Below, piece by piece: positions 1 to 8,999 of a DNA stretch of 64,000 nt. The translations under genes and the position numbers were made by a program. Location of the stretch: the IMG/VR virus record IMGVR_UViG_3300044912_000678, positions 12,364 through 76,363 of that record; one strand, 5' to 3'. The first letter of the stretch is position 1. The number at the start of each line of letters is the position of its first letter. This DNA is from a virus. The notes below the pieces were generated by a model, which was given only the letters and a program-made list of their open reading frames with translations, was not told where the DNA came from and searched no databases.

Positions 1-245
1 TCTCTTAATTTTATTACATTTTCAACATAATTTTTTATATCTTCATTAGTAATTTCTGATTGTTTTTTCAAAGACTCAAAATTGAAACATGCAGATATTT
101 TGGCGAAATCTTGCAATGAAAATTCAATATTTATTTTTATTTTTTCATTATTGATTTTTAGATAAATTGATTTTTCATCAAATGATTCACGATAAAGATG
201 AAAATTTTCACAATAATATAGACTACACTTTGTACTCATGGTCAT
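1..245 (-). CDS. hypothetical protein (partial, runs off the left edge)
   Basis: Open frame from ATG at 245 (MTMSTKCSLYYCENF...NYVENVIKLR) to the window edge; not in the ORF track. Confidence 0.6.
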   Translation of the reverse strand, partial: MTMSTKCSLYYCENFHLYRESFDEKSIYLKINNEKIKINIEFSLQDFAKISACFNFESLKKQSEITNEDIKNYVENVIKLR

Positions 246-336
246 ATTCCATAATGTATCGTTGTTGTAATATCTAATTGAATCATACGATAATTCAACA
301 ATTGAATCAAATTTAAATCATAAAAATTTTAATTTC

Positions 337-903
337 TTAATCATTTACCATAAAGCTTGGCAATCTATGCGAAAATGTCTTGAGATATTCTTGTGAGCCT
401 TTATTATCAAAAACTATTTCAAATCTTTCTTTTTGTTTCTTTATTGTGCATGTGCAATCCAAAGAATTGAAATATTCTGCAATAATATTTGAACCTTCTT
501 CTCCGAACTTTTGTGTCCTAAGATACACTTTTCTTTTACTTTTCCTACCACTATCGACATACCACACCATCCAAGCAAGATCATTCAGAGACTCTAAAAT
601 TTCTTTAGTTACAGTTTTTTTACCATCTTTATAGAATGATCGATAAAGTTGATTGAAACAAGGATATGCGACAGAGTAACATCTATATGTGTTTTTATCT
701 TTTTTGATAGTGGTGCTATCTAACTTAAAAAAATCTTTCAATTCATTGATTTTATATGAAAGCCAATTAAGGTTATTGTCTCTCATTGCAAGATAACAAT
801 TTCTACCATGTGTTGGATTGACAATAGATGATCCACCAAGTATGGTTCCATACAAAATTTGTTGTTGAAATGATTTAGTTTCTGGGCTTGCTTCATATGT
901 CAT
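337..903 (-). CDS. LAGLIDADG_2-family homing endonuclease-like protein (catalytic acids degenerate)
   Basis: QQILYGTILGGSSI and LAWMVWYVDSG match the two LAGLIDADG_2 helices (GxLLGDG, WYMDDG); probable start ATG 903, 5 nt after TATATA. Confidence 0.75.
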   Translation of the reverse strand: MTYEASPETKSFQQQILYGTILGGSSIVNPTHGRNCYLAMRDNNLNWLSYKINELKDFFKLDSTTIKKDKNTYRCYSVAYPCFNQLYRSFYKDGKKTVTKEILESLNDLAWMVWYVDSGRKSKRKVYLRTQKFGEEGSNIIAEYFNSLDCTCTIKKQKERFEIVFDNKGSQEYLKTFSHRLPSFMVND

Positions 904-1011
904 ATAAGTATATATCTGTTTTCGCAAAATTTATTCCATGCTCTAATCACAATTACGATGCAAATGATAGATATTATTAGATAAATACACCTAAATTTCA
1001 AGGAGATTATT

Positions 1012-1779
1012 ATGGGTGCAACAAGTCGAGAAGGTGTAGGAATAGGCTCTGTAAATAAAATTAAACCACTTATAATAAATGGCGTAGTAAAAGCTGAAAA
1101 CCTCGGTGTCGATATTCTACACAACTGGAAATACGACATCAACGCAACTGGCGATATGACAACCGAATCAAATATCAGTGCAGATGGCGACATTTCGTCT
1201 GGTGGCGATATATCCGCTGATGGTGATATTTTATCTGGTAATAATATATCCGCTGATGGTGACATTTCGTCTGGCAACAATGTAACCGCAGATGGCGATA
1301 TATCCGCTGATGGTGACATTTCGTCTGGCAACAATATAACCGCTGAAGGTTACATCAGAGGTGACGCAATTGGACAACACTTGAATACGAGTTTCTATAC
1401 ATTCACCGCTGGCGAATTGACCAACAACAGTAATGACTATACTGATTTTGCATCAGTTTCATACACGCCAGTATCCAACAGCAGTTCCTTGTACATTGAG
1501 TATAATGCAACTTATGCTGTTGGTGGAGGCTTGGCAGATAATTTCAGATCTAGAATAACGGTAAATGATGTTGAGATAACATGGAGAAACCAAGCATGGA
1601 CAAATAGTGCAGGTGGTGGCACTAGAAGTGCAGTACTGTTTCCCATTGCCATGGTTTTTTCAAATTCTGTCACAACTGCGTTGACCATTAAAATCCAAGC
1701 AAAGAGGGATGGAGCAGATGACATCCTCACCTTGAACACCAACAGTGCGGTGTTGAAAGTTTCTGAGTACGCAAGGTAA
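1012..1779 (+). CDS. MGATS-leader virion decoration/fibre protein 1 (hexapeptide beta-helix repeats)
   Basis: Shared N-terminus MGATSREGVGIGSV; ISADGD/ISSGNN repeats; AAGGAG RBS. Confidence 0.6.
   Translation: MGATSREGVGIGSVNKIKPLIINGVVKAENLGVDILHNWKYDINATGDMTTESNISADGDISSGGDISADGDILSGNNISADGDISSGNNVTADGDISADGDISSGNNITAEGYIRGDAIGQHLNTSFYTFTAGELTNNSNDYTDFASVSYTPVSNSSSLYIEYNATYAVGGGLADNFRSRITVNDVEITWRNQAWTNSAGGGTRSAVLFPIAMVFSNSVTTALTIKIQAKRDGADDILTLNTNSAVLKVSEYAR
1170..1350 (+). repeat. intragenic imperfect 18-bp-period tandem repeats encoding I-S-A-D-G-D / I-S-S-G-N-N
   Basis: Recurrent gatggcgatatatccgct and gacatttcgtctgg units. Confidence 0.8.
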
Positions 1780-1806
1780 CTTGGTTTTTTTAAAACTAAG
1801 TTTTTT
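1778..1806 (+). terminator. hairpin / probable intrinsic terminator
   Basis: AACTTGGTTTT-ttt-AAAACTAAGTT followed by a T run, directly at the stop codon. Confidence 0.5.
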
Positions 1807-1835
1807 AATTTCTACTTATTACAAAGGAGATCATT

Positions 1836-2807
1836 ATGGGAGCTACAAGTAATGAAGGTGTCGGAATAGGATCGGTAGAGAAATATTTACCGAAAATCGT
1901 AAACGGTGTCGTGAAAAAAGAAAACATACAACAAGGTAAAATTTTCGAAAACTTTACATCGGATATTTTGATTTCCACGGCAGATGGAACTGCTGGCAAT
2001 AATGATGCAAGCAGCATTACCATTAAAGCAGGTGATGGATATCCGTTAGCGGTCGATCCTCCCGAGGCTGATGGAGTCGGAGATGATGCTGATGGTGGCA
2101 GTGTTTTCATCTACGCTGGTAAAGCTAATGGTAATGGCGAAGGCGGAAACATTGAAATATTCGCTGGTGATACCGGCAATGGTCCAGATGCAAACGCTGG
2201 AAATGTAACGATTAGAGGTGGTGATGCCGATAGTGTCGAAAACAGCGATGCTGGCGATGTAAACATCTATGGTGGCGATGGATCAAGTGGTACTACTGAC
2301 AGCGAGGGTGGCGATATTAATATTGAAGCTGGCGATGCTGGTGGCGATGGTGAGGCTGGTCATGTCCATATTCATGCTGGCGATAGTGGAACTGGAGATG
2401 GCATCAATGAGGGTGAGGATTATCCAGAAGCAGGCGACATAGAAATCACTGCTGGCAATTCACTAGCCACTACAGATGTAGATGGCGGAGACATCCGTAT
2501 CGAAGCTGGTGATGGCACAGTTGATGGTCGTGGTGGCGATATCGAGATTACTACTGGTAATAGCGTTGGCACAGATCGTGCTGGCGATATGTTTCTTACT
2601 TGTGGCACTAATTCTGGTTCTGGTAGAAATGGTCACATTTATATTCAAAGTATGCCAATCATGCCAGTATATGCAAATAATACTGCAAGAGATGCTGCTG
2701 CTGGTACTGCAACCAACGGCATGTTTTGTTACAACACAGCGACAAGCAACATAGAAGTCTATGTTGGCGGTGCATGGAAGAGTGTGGATGTAACTGCGAT
2801 TGTTTAA
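1836..2807 (+). CDS. MGATS-leader virion decoration/fibre protein 2 (Gly/Asp-rich beta-solenoid)
   Basis: MGATSNEGVGIGSV leader; repeated GG-x-I-x-I-x-AGD units; C-terminal TARDAAA...GMFCYNT...IEVYVGGAW motif typical of phage fibres. Confidence 0.6.
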   Translation: MGATSNEGVGIGSVEKYLPKIVNGVVKKENIQQGKIFENFTSDILISTADGTAGNNDASSITIKAGDGYPLAVDPPEADGVGDDADGGSVFIYAGKANGNGEGGNIEIFAGDTGNGPDANAGNVTIRGGDADSVENSDAGDVNIYGGDGSSGTTDSEGGDINIEAGDAGGDGEAGHVHIHAGDSGTGDGINEGEDYPEAGDIEITAGNSLATTDVDGGDIRIEAGDGTVDGRGGDIEITTGNSVGTDRAGDMFLTCGTNSGSGRNGHIYIQSMPIMPVYANNTARDAAAGTATNGMFCYNTATSNIEVYVGGAWKSVDVTAIV

Positions 2808-2813
2808 TGTAAT

Positions 2814-2897
2814 ATTTGAACGGTTTTAAATTTCTTGAAGCCGTTCAAATAAACTTAGTCTTTATGTTAAGCTAAGTTTATTGTGTTTGATTTTTTT
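2814..2897 (+). terminator. two tandem hairpins followed by a T-tract
   Basis: ATTTGAACGG...CCGTTCAAAT, then AATAAACTTAG...CTAAGTTTATT. Confidence 0.6.
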
Positions 2898-2918
2898 TAT
2901 ATATAAAAGGAGATTATT

Positions 2919-3482
2919 ATGGGAGCTACATCAACAGAAGGAACAGGACAAGGTTCTGCATCAAAAATCAAGCCATTGGTTTTCAATGGTTCTGTAAAAA
3001 CAGTAAACATCGAGCCAAATGCTGTGACCGCAGCTAATCTCGACAACAACGCATTGTCAAAAGCACCATTCGTGCTTAATGTTGCGACAATAACTCTTGA
3101 TTCAAGCAAAGCTGGAATTCCTTTGGTTTTCACTAGGGCAGCAGGTGTTGTTGCTACTCTTCCAGCAGCTACTGGAACTGGTGATATTTATAAGTTTTAT
3201 GTTAATACCACTGTAACTAGCAACAGCTACAAAATTCAAGTAGCTAATGCAACGGACATTATTTCTGGCTTGGCTCTTGCCGATGACGGAGAGGGTGAGC
3301 CAGCAAATGGTTGGCCAACTACTTCGACTACTGATACCATTACAATGGATGGATCTACTCAGGGTGGCATCAAAGGCGACAGTCTTGAGATAATAGATAT
3401 CGCTTCTGGTCAGTTCTGCGTAAGGGCATTCCTTACAAATAGCGGTACTGAAGCGACTCCTTTCAGTGCAGCAGTTTCTTAA
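2919..3482 (+). CDS. MGATS-leader virion decoration protein 3
   Basis: MGATSTEGTGQGSA leader; TLPAATGTG-type beta-rich body; TATATA box and AAGGAG RBS upstream. Confidence 0.6.
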   Translation: MGATSTEGTGQGSASKIKPLVFNGSVKTVNIEPNAVTAANLDNNALSKAPFVLNVATITLDSSKAGIPLVFTRAAGVVATLPAATGTGDIYKFYVNTTVTSNSYKIQVANATDIISGLALADDGEGEPANGWPTTSTTDTITMDGSTQGGIKGDSLEIIDIASGQFCVRAFLTNSGTEATPFSAAVS

Positions 3483-3491
3483 GTTCAATTG

Positions 3492-3583
3492 GGTATGCGT
3501 CTTGGTTTTCTCCAAGACGCATACCTTTTGCTTTTATAATTTAAAAAAAAGACAATGCAGTTTTAAATGCATTGTCTTTTTTT
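3492..3583 (+). terminator. two intrinsic terminator hairpins
   Basis: GGTATGCGTCTTGG/CCAAGACGCATACC followed by TTTT, then AAAAAAAGACAATGCA/TGCATTGTCTTTTTTT. Confidence 0.8.
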
Positions 3584-3616
3584 GTTCATAAAGCTTACAT
3601 ATTATAGAGGTGAAAA

Positions 3617-3973
3617 ATGGGTGCTTCAAGCGTTACTGGAATAGGTTGTGGATCGGTTGGAAAATCATCACTTACTGCTACTTCTTCTAATTCAAATGAT
3701 TCTTGTGTTCCTTTATCTATAAGTAGTTTGATGGGTCCAAGAATTATAGCTGCTGGTGTCATGAATTTGAAAGAAGAGAATGCAGAAATTGTATTTACGG
3801 CTCCATCAGGATCTGTAAATGAATATACTGTATTTTTACAAGATAACAATAAAGTGGCAATTGTTAGTTCAAATTTAAAGGCAGATGCCCATAATAGCAA
3901 CTGGAGTTTTTATATTACGGGCAAGCCAAAAACAACAATTTCTTGGATGGTTATAAAATTAGGTATCTTTTAA
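3617..3973 (+). CDS. MGA(S)S-leader virion protein 4
   Basis: MGASSVTGIGCGSVGK leader; small beta-rich C-terminal domain ending ISWMVI. Confidence 0.55.
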   Translation: MGASSVTGIGCGSVGKSSLTATSSNSNDSCVPLSISSLMGPRIIAAGVMNLKEENAEIVFTAPSGSVNEYTVFLQDNNKVAIVSSNLKADAHNSNWSFYITGKPKTTISWMVIKLGIF

Positions 3974-4527
3974 TTATCATCCTTATCCTGTTTGTTGAAT
4001 TTCAAGTATCTATCGGACCATTCAATTGCCATGTGCAGTCCTCTGGCTAATAATCCAACAAGATGTGTTGGATTTCCATTTCCTTCAATTGCAATATTGT
4101 CTTTAATGTTTTCTTCCATCCAAACCATGGCAAAAGTCAAATTTTTGCGATTTTTTAGCTCTTTGGCTATTTGTTTGATTGTGACTAGAGATAAATCTGG
4201 AACTCCGTATTCGTCATAGGCTACAACTTTATTTTTTTCAACGAACATTTTAATTCGAGATGAAAACAACTTCAGTAATCGATCTACATCTTGATGAAAA
4301 ACAAGTTGATATGCAGGTTTATCTTCATTAATTGGATGAGTTAAATTCATCATTTTGCAGATTTTATCATCTGCTATTTCTTCGACCAAAGCCGTTAAAA
4401 GGGCGATAGAATGATCTGATTCACAAGAAAAGAAGACCCAAGTTGTAGGTTCCATTTCTTTCTGGAAGATATCGATACCTTCTAAAGAATTCAAATTATC
4501 TATAAAAGATTTGTATTCATAATCCAT
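3970..4527 (-). CDS. hypothetical protein
   Basis: 185-aa ORF with GGAGG RBS, coupled to the upstream gene. Confidence 0.7.
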   Translation of the reverse strand: MDYEYKSFIDNLNSLEGIDIFQKEMEPTTWVFFSCESDHSIALLTALVEEIADDKICKMMNLTHPINEDKPAYQLVFHQDVDRLLKLFSSRIKMFVEKNKVVAYDEYGVPDLSLVTIKQIAKELKNRKNLTFAMVWMEENIKDNIAIEGNGNPTHLVGLLARGLHMAIEWSDRYLKFNKQDKDDN

Positions 4528-5063
4528 TAGTCCTCCATGATTTTAGAGTCATTTAACGATTTGATCAATTTGATCAAATGCTTGCACATTCCGGGTGATT
4601 CATTCACATTTGCAATTCTTTCGTTGCTTTTTGACTCATACTTACTTCTTTTTCTTCCATAAAGGCTTTTATCAATTGAGTTGTAGTAATTGAATCTCCA
4701 ATAAAAATCAGGGCAAGTACATCTTACGACAACCTCATTAACATCTGACTTTATAGTTTCAAGAATATATTTCTTTTCATCGCTTGCAATCAACTTAATG
4801 GAATTTTTAGATTCCTTAGTTAGATATTTTATTCCTTTAAACAAAGCAACTGTTGTATATTCCTTTTGATTACCAATATTTTTTGCTAGACCTTTTACGA
4901 AAAGTGTCCTCATTCCAAGATAAGGCAAAAAATTCATCTCAATAATTTTTATCATATCGATGGAATTTTGTCTTTTCGTAGTTTTAGGAAACGCATCCAC
5001 AGTACTATTATAAAGATCGATAACAGTGGACTCATTAAGTCTAACAAACTCATTGAAATTCAT
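4527..5063 (-). CDS. SWIM zinc-finger protein with CTS-like N-terminus
   Basis: RCTCPDF...GMCKHL (CxC...CxH); N-terminus MNFNEFVRLNE. Confidence 0.7.
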   Translation of the reverse strand: MNFNEFVRLNESTVIDLYNSTVDAFPKTTKRQNSIDMIKIIEMNFLPYLGMRTLFVKGLAKNIGNQKEYTTVALFKGIKYLTKESKNSIKLIASDEKKYILETIKSDVNEVVVRCTCPDFYWRFNYYNSIDKSLYGRKRSKYESKSNERIANVNESPGMCKHLIKLIKSLNDSKIMED

Positions 5064-5067
5064 AATA

Positions 5068-5073
5068 TATTTA
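5068..5073 (-). promoter_or_regulatory. late promoter TAAATA, 4 nt before ATG
   Basis: Reverse strand reads TAAATA-TATT-ATG; the same spacing recurs at 9221, 24124 and 55281. Confidence 0.6.
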
Positions 5074-5092
5074 AGCCGATAGGATTTTTAAA

Positions 5093-5398
5093 ATGAATAA
5101 AAAAAACCAACAAATGGAAACAAATAATCCAATTCCAGAAGGAAAGAGCAAATTTGAAGTAAGAATGTATATGGCTGAAAAGGGAAATCTTAAGCAAGGG
5201 ATTTTTATTGATGATCAATTGCTAGATTGGTCTGTAGATGTACATGATCTTTTGGAAGCTAAAAAAATGGGTACACAATATATAAAAGATTTAGAAATTG
5301 ATGTTATTAGACATTTTCTTCAATCTATTTCGGATTTTATTGGAAGAAAAGTTTCGGTTGAAGAAATGAATCAAGCTAAAAAAAATGGATACATTTAA
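5093..5398 (+). CDS. hypothetical protein
   Basis: 101-aa ORF with AGGA RBS. Confidence 0.7.
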   Translation: MNKKNQQMETNNPIPEGKSKFEVRMYMAEKGNLKQGIFIDDQLLDWSVDVHDLLEAKKMGTQYIKDLEIDVIRHFLQSISDFIGRKVSVEEMNQAKKNGYI

Positions 5399-5482
5399 GT
5401 GGAAAGACAATACTTTAATTGTTTCGTGTTCAAGGGGGTGAATTTCACTATTTGCGAAACATCTGATTGTCTTTCCGCTTAA
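5395..5482. other. extended nested RNA hairpin between convergent genes
   Basis: Outer stem TTAAGTGGAAAGACAAT/ATTGTCTTTCCGCTTAA; inner stems TGTTTCGT/GCGAAACA and GTGAA/TTCAC. Confidence 0.65.
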
Positions 5483-5503
5483 TGCTTATTTTTGTATAAT
5501 TAC

Positions 5504-6841
5504 CTAAGGACTTGGCGGAACCATAGTTTTGATAATTTTAGATAAATTTTGAATTCTACTTAGAGCATTCGGATTTTCCATAACCATCTGAAACTCTTTA
5601 GTTTTCATAATTTTTTCTTGAATGTCTTTAGGTAATTTTCTGATTGATCCAACCACACTAAGTTTTCCTTTAGTTGTTTTTTCTGGATAATTTTTCAAAA
5701 ACTCTTCTGGTGTTGGTTTCGCTGTTGGTTCTGGTGGTGGCGTTTCTTCCGCTTCTGCTGGTGGTGCTTCTCCTGCTGGTTTAGATCCAGATTCTGCTGG
5801 TGCTTTAGATGTGGCTACATTTCTTAAATTTGCATTCAGATCTGCAATTTGTTTTGAAAGTTCTTTATAATTTGCAGCATCAAGTTTACCAGAAAAATCA
5901 GTTAGATGTTTTATAGCATCTTCAATTGATTTTATATCATATTGATCGTATTTTTCATCTCTACTGCCTTTGTAGCCTTTTGTGAAAGCATCCCAAACAC
6001 TTCCTTCTCCGCCACCCATAAAGCGATCAAAGCCTCCAGCCAAACCACCTTTTAATCCAGCCCATGCTCCGCCAAGCCAATTTGCCTCATCTAGAACATA
6101 TTCGTTAGCAATCCATTGTGCGAACAATTTTGAATTAAAGCCTCTTCCTTCTACAAGAAAACAAAGATTTTTAATCCTAGTTTCCATTAATTTTATATCT
6201 ATGGGATTAATTTTTCCATGATGAGAAGATTCATAATTAAACTGGTCTGGACTTGATGCTCTATCGGTGGCAGCACCAGCAGCACGAGCTTTAGAAGCAG
6301 CGTCAACAGTTGGTGGTCCGCCAGCCATTGGCTTCATTGGCTTTGCACCAGCTTGTGGTGGTATTGGTGGTGGTTGAGTTGCCACTGGTGTATTTTTCAA
6401 GGTTTTTAATATGCCGTACAATGAGTCTTGAATATCTTTTTGAGCAAGTCGAGAATTTTGCCTATTACTTTTCTTTATAAGGTCATTTATTTTTTCTACT
6501 GCTTGATTGCTTGCCACAACCAAAGGGTCTTGATTAGATCCAGATCCTGCCATCATTTTATTGCCAGCATTTTGCATAAAATTGCCAACAGCACCTTGAA
6601 CTTTATTTGCAGCACCTTGCATAAAATTGCCAACATTTTGAAAAAATCCTTGTTCATTAACCTTAAGTTCGGTAACGACCCATTTTTCGGCTTTATCTGC
6701 TATATGATCGGTTTCTGAATGAATATCGAGCCATTCAACAAATGATTCTGGACTAATACCTCTGATGATCATTTCTCGAAAACATTCTAATGCCAATTTT
6801 TCAGTTTTTTTTAATTCCAAAGATTCTTTAAAGCTGATCAT
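5504..6841 (-). CDS. low-complexity protein with CTS-like N-terminus (putative internal head protein)
   Basis: MISFKESLE start; Pro/Ala/Gly-rich segments. Confidence 0.6.
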   Translation of the reverse strand: MISFKESLELKKTEKLALECFREMIIRGISPESFVEWLDIHSETDHIADKAEKWVVTELKVNEQGFFQNVGNFMQGAANKVQGAVGNFMQNAGNKMMAGSGSNQDPLVVASNQAVEKINDLIKKSNRQNSRLAQKDIQDSLYGILKTLKNTPVATQPPPIPPQAGAKPMKPMAGGPPTVDAASKARAAGAATDRASSPDQFNYESSHHGKINPIDIKLMETRIKNLCFLVEGRGFNSKLFAQWIANEYVLDEANWLGGAWAGLKGGLAGGFDRFMGGGEGSVWDAFTKGYKGSRDEKYDQYDIKSIEDAIKHLTDFSGKLDAANYKELSKQIADLNANLRNVATSKAPAESGSKPAGEAPPAEAEETPPPEPTAKPTPEEFLKNYPEKTTKGKLSVVGSIRKLPKDIQEKIMKTKEFQMVMENPNALSRIQNLSKIIKTMVPPSP

Positions 6842-7665
6842 TTTCTTGTGCCTTTCACTTCAAAATCCCTCATCCATATCTGATAAATAAGTGTTTGAGG
6901 TTGTTTTTTATTTTCCTTATATATGAATGACAAAGCCCCTTCTGATTCATCATCCCAAGTTTTTATCCAATAAATTGGAGAAAAATAAGCTTGGTTATTT
7001 AAAAACAAAGAATCAGAGCCACGAATGGAACTTGTAACTCCAATAACTTTATATCCATCCTTATAAAATAAAGGTCCGCCAGAATCTCCGAATATTGTAT
7101 AACAATTCGATCTTAGAAATCCTTTAAGATTTTCTGGCTTTTTTGTATCGACAGATGTTATTGCTCCGAAATCAATGCGTATATCATCTCCAAGACCATA
7201 TCCTATTTTAAATACATCTGTTCCAAAATATGGCTTAGAATTAAAGTCCATATCTGCACAAGGCATTTTTTTATCTGATTTAAATATCAAAATTGCCAAA
7301 TCCATTTTCTTATTGATGTTGTAGATTAATGCCTGATATGTATCAAATTTCGTAAGGTTTGACCAATTGTCATAAACTCCGCAATGAACATCGATAGCCG
7401 ATGCTACATTTTCGACATTATGTGCAGCTGTGACTATAACATTTAGGTATTTTTTATCAATAAGTTGAGATTGAATTAATTCTGATTTGACGATAAATCC
7501 ACTGGCTACTGCTTGTGGTGGTTTTTTCTTACAATCATCGCAATCGCAATTGTTTTTACTATAACTTATCTTTATTGTAGGATATAAACTTTTCTCATGT
7601 AGTTTTTTATCTGGTTCTACACTAAATAACCATAAGGGAAATATCAAAAATATTAGATGTTTCAT
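6838..7665 (-). CDS. secreted trypsin-like serine protease (S1)
   Basis: Hydrophobic signal peptide; triad motifs TAAH, DLAIL, GDSGGP. Confidence 0.85.
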   Translation of the reverse strand: MKHLIFLIFPLWLFSVEPDKKLHEKSLYPTIKISYSKNNCDCDDCKKKPPQAVASGFIVKSELIQSQLIDKKYLNVIVTAAHNVENVASAIDVHCGVYDNWSNLTKFDTYQALIYNINKKMDLAILIFKSDKKMPCADMDFNSKPYFGTDVFKIGYGLGDDIRIDFGAITSVDTKKPENLKGFLRSNCYTIFGDSGGPLFYKDGYKVIGVTSSIRGSDSLFLNNQAYFSPIYWIKTWDDESEGALSFIYKENKKQPQTLIYQIWMRDFEVKGTRK

Positions 7666-7685
7666 TTTAAATCCTTGGAGGTATT

Positions 7686-7967
7686 ATGGATAGAAGCTTC
7701 CTATATGGCATAATAGTTCTGCTTTCTTTGACAGATACTGTTATCTATATACAGAAAACAAACCCTAATCTTATAGAAAAATTTATGCCGTCTTCTGAAG
7801 ATGGTAGTTGGCAATCAAAAGATCCGGGTTGGAATGTAAAGCCTGATATTGATAAAAAAGAAGAAAAAAAAGATGGTGCGAATGAAAAAAATAATTCAGT
7901 ACCAGAAAGCGAAGATGAGCCTAAAGCAGACACAAAAAAAAGACATCACTTTAGATTCTTTAGGTGA
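7686..7967 (+). CDS. small membrane-anchored hypothetical protein
   Basis: N-terminal hydrophobic stretch; GGAGG RBS. Confidence 0.6.
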   Translation: MDRSFLYGIIVLLSLTDTVIYIQKTNPNLIEKFMPSSEDGSWQSKDPGWNVKPDIDKKEEKKDGANEKNNSVPESEDEPKADTKKRHHFRFFR

Positions 7968-7992
7968 GGAAGTAATTCAAATTGCTAATAGC

Positions 7993-8023
7993 AAAAAGCC
8001 TCTCAGTTTGAGAGGCTTTTTTT
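7993..8023. terminator. bidirectional intrinsic terminator
   Basis: AAAAAGCCTCTCA-gtt-TGAGAGGCTTTTTTT. Confidence 0.8.
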
Positions 8024-8056
8024 GTTTTCTTTCTCTATTAACTGGAGGACAAAAAT

Positions 8057-8314
8057 ATGGATGAAGTTAAAGGTTGTTATTTTTTCATTGAGGGAGAAAA
8101 TGAGGACGACAAAATAATTCGCTGTATGTGCATGGAATGTCACGACACGAATTTCAAAAAAGTTGGCTGGTTTTATAACGCCAAGCATGGATATGGTCCG
8201 TTTGATTATATTTGTGTCAAATGCAAAAAAGCAATTTACAAACATACAGGAAATACCGATGAAAAAAATGAAACAGACAATAAAAAAAATGAAACCGATA
8301 GTGAAAAAAAGTGA
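8057..8314 (+). CDS. small zinc-binding hypothetical protein
   Basis: CMCMEC...CVKC; GGAGG RBS. Confidence 0.6.
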   Translation: MDEVKGCYFFIEGENEDDKIIRCMCMECHDTNFKKVGWFYNAKHGYGPFDYICVKCKKAIYKHTGNTDEKNETDNKKNETDSEKK

Positions 8315-8993
8315 TGATCAAAATATAACGGAATGGATTATTGGTGAATTTCCAGAATCATATCAAAACATGATTTATATTGATGTAATGTGTAGAGATT
8401 TGAATATTATGTTGGCAAAGGAAAGATCAAAACTAGAAATATTGAATGATACTCACGAAGGAATTATTCAAGTTTATAGGGCAATTAGAGACGAAAATAA
8501 AGATTTTTCTAAGAAAATTTCAAATGTAAGATGTACAGAAACCACATTTCAAAAATACCTAGAAAATCAAAATTTAAAATTTGATGATTATTTAGACAAA
8601 GCCGTAAATGAATTTGTTTTGCGTAAATTAAGCAAAAGCGAAAACAAAGAGGTTTTTTCAAATAAAAAGGTTGAATGGAAAAAAGTTTTGCAAGAAGTTA
8701 ATGAGCTTCATAAAAGATTGCAAGAAACCTTTATCATGAATAAAGAAGCAATAGAAGTTGTACAGAAATTCAATCACAATGATAGCGTTCTTTATTATGC
8801 TTTGCCTACTGGTCATAAGGATCAATTTTACACTAAATTAGCCAACACATTTAAAAACTTCAGCGGACATGCAATCATTTCTTGCTCGGATCATAAAATT
8901 TTTAAATTATTTTTTCCAGATTGGAAATTAAAAAGAAAAATGTTTCAGAAACTAAATAAGAAAAGAATTCAATACATTTGGAAGAACTATTGA
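8289..8993 (+). CDS. degenerate D12-class (Dam-like) DNA adenine methyltransferase homologue
   Basis: WIIGEFP...KERSKLEILND...YRAIRD and N-KEAIEVVQKF scaffold of Dam; GGK, FxGxG and DPPY motifs all replaced. Confidence 0.6.
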   Translation: MKPIVKKSDDQNITEWIIGEFPESYQNMIYIDVMCRDLNIMLAKERSKLEILNDTHEGIIQVYRAIRDENKDFSKKISNVRCTETTFQKYLENQNLKFDDYLDKAVNEFVLRKLSKSENKEVFSNKKVEWKKVLQEVNELHKRLQETFIMNKEAIEVVQKFNHNDSVLYYALPTGHKDQFYTKLANTFKNFSGHAIISCSDHKIFKLFFPDWKLKRKMFQKLNKKRIQYIWKNY

Positions 8994-8999
8994 GGTCAA

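Noticed and set aside
1170-1350. CRISPR-like or DGR repeats
   Set aside because: In-frame coding repeats without unique spacers; no reverse transcriptase or adenine-specific TR/VR pair seen
1012-3973. N-myristoylation signal (MGxxxS/T) in the MGATS proteins
   Set aside because: Ser is at position 5, only one of four fits the consensus, and bacteria lack N-myristoyltransferase
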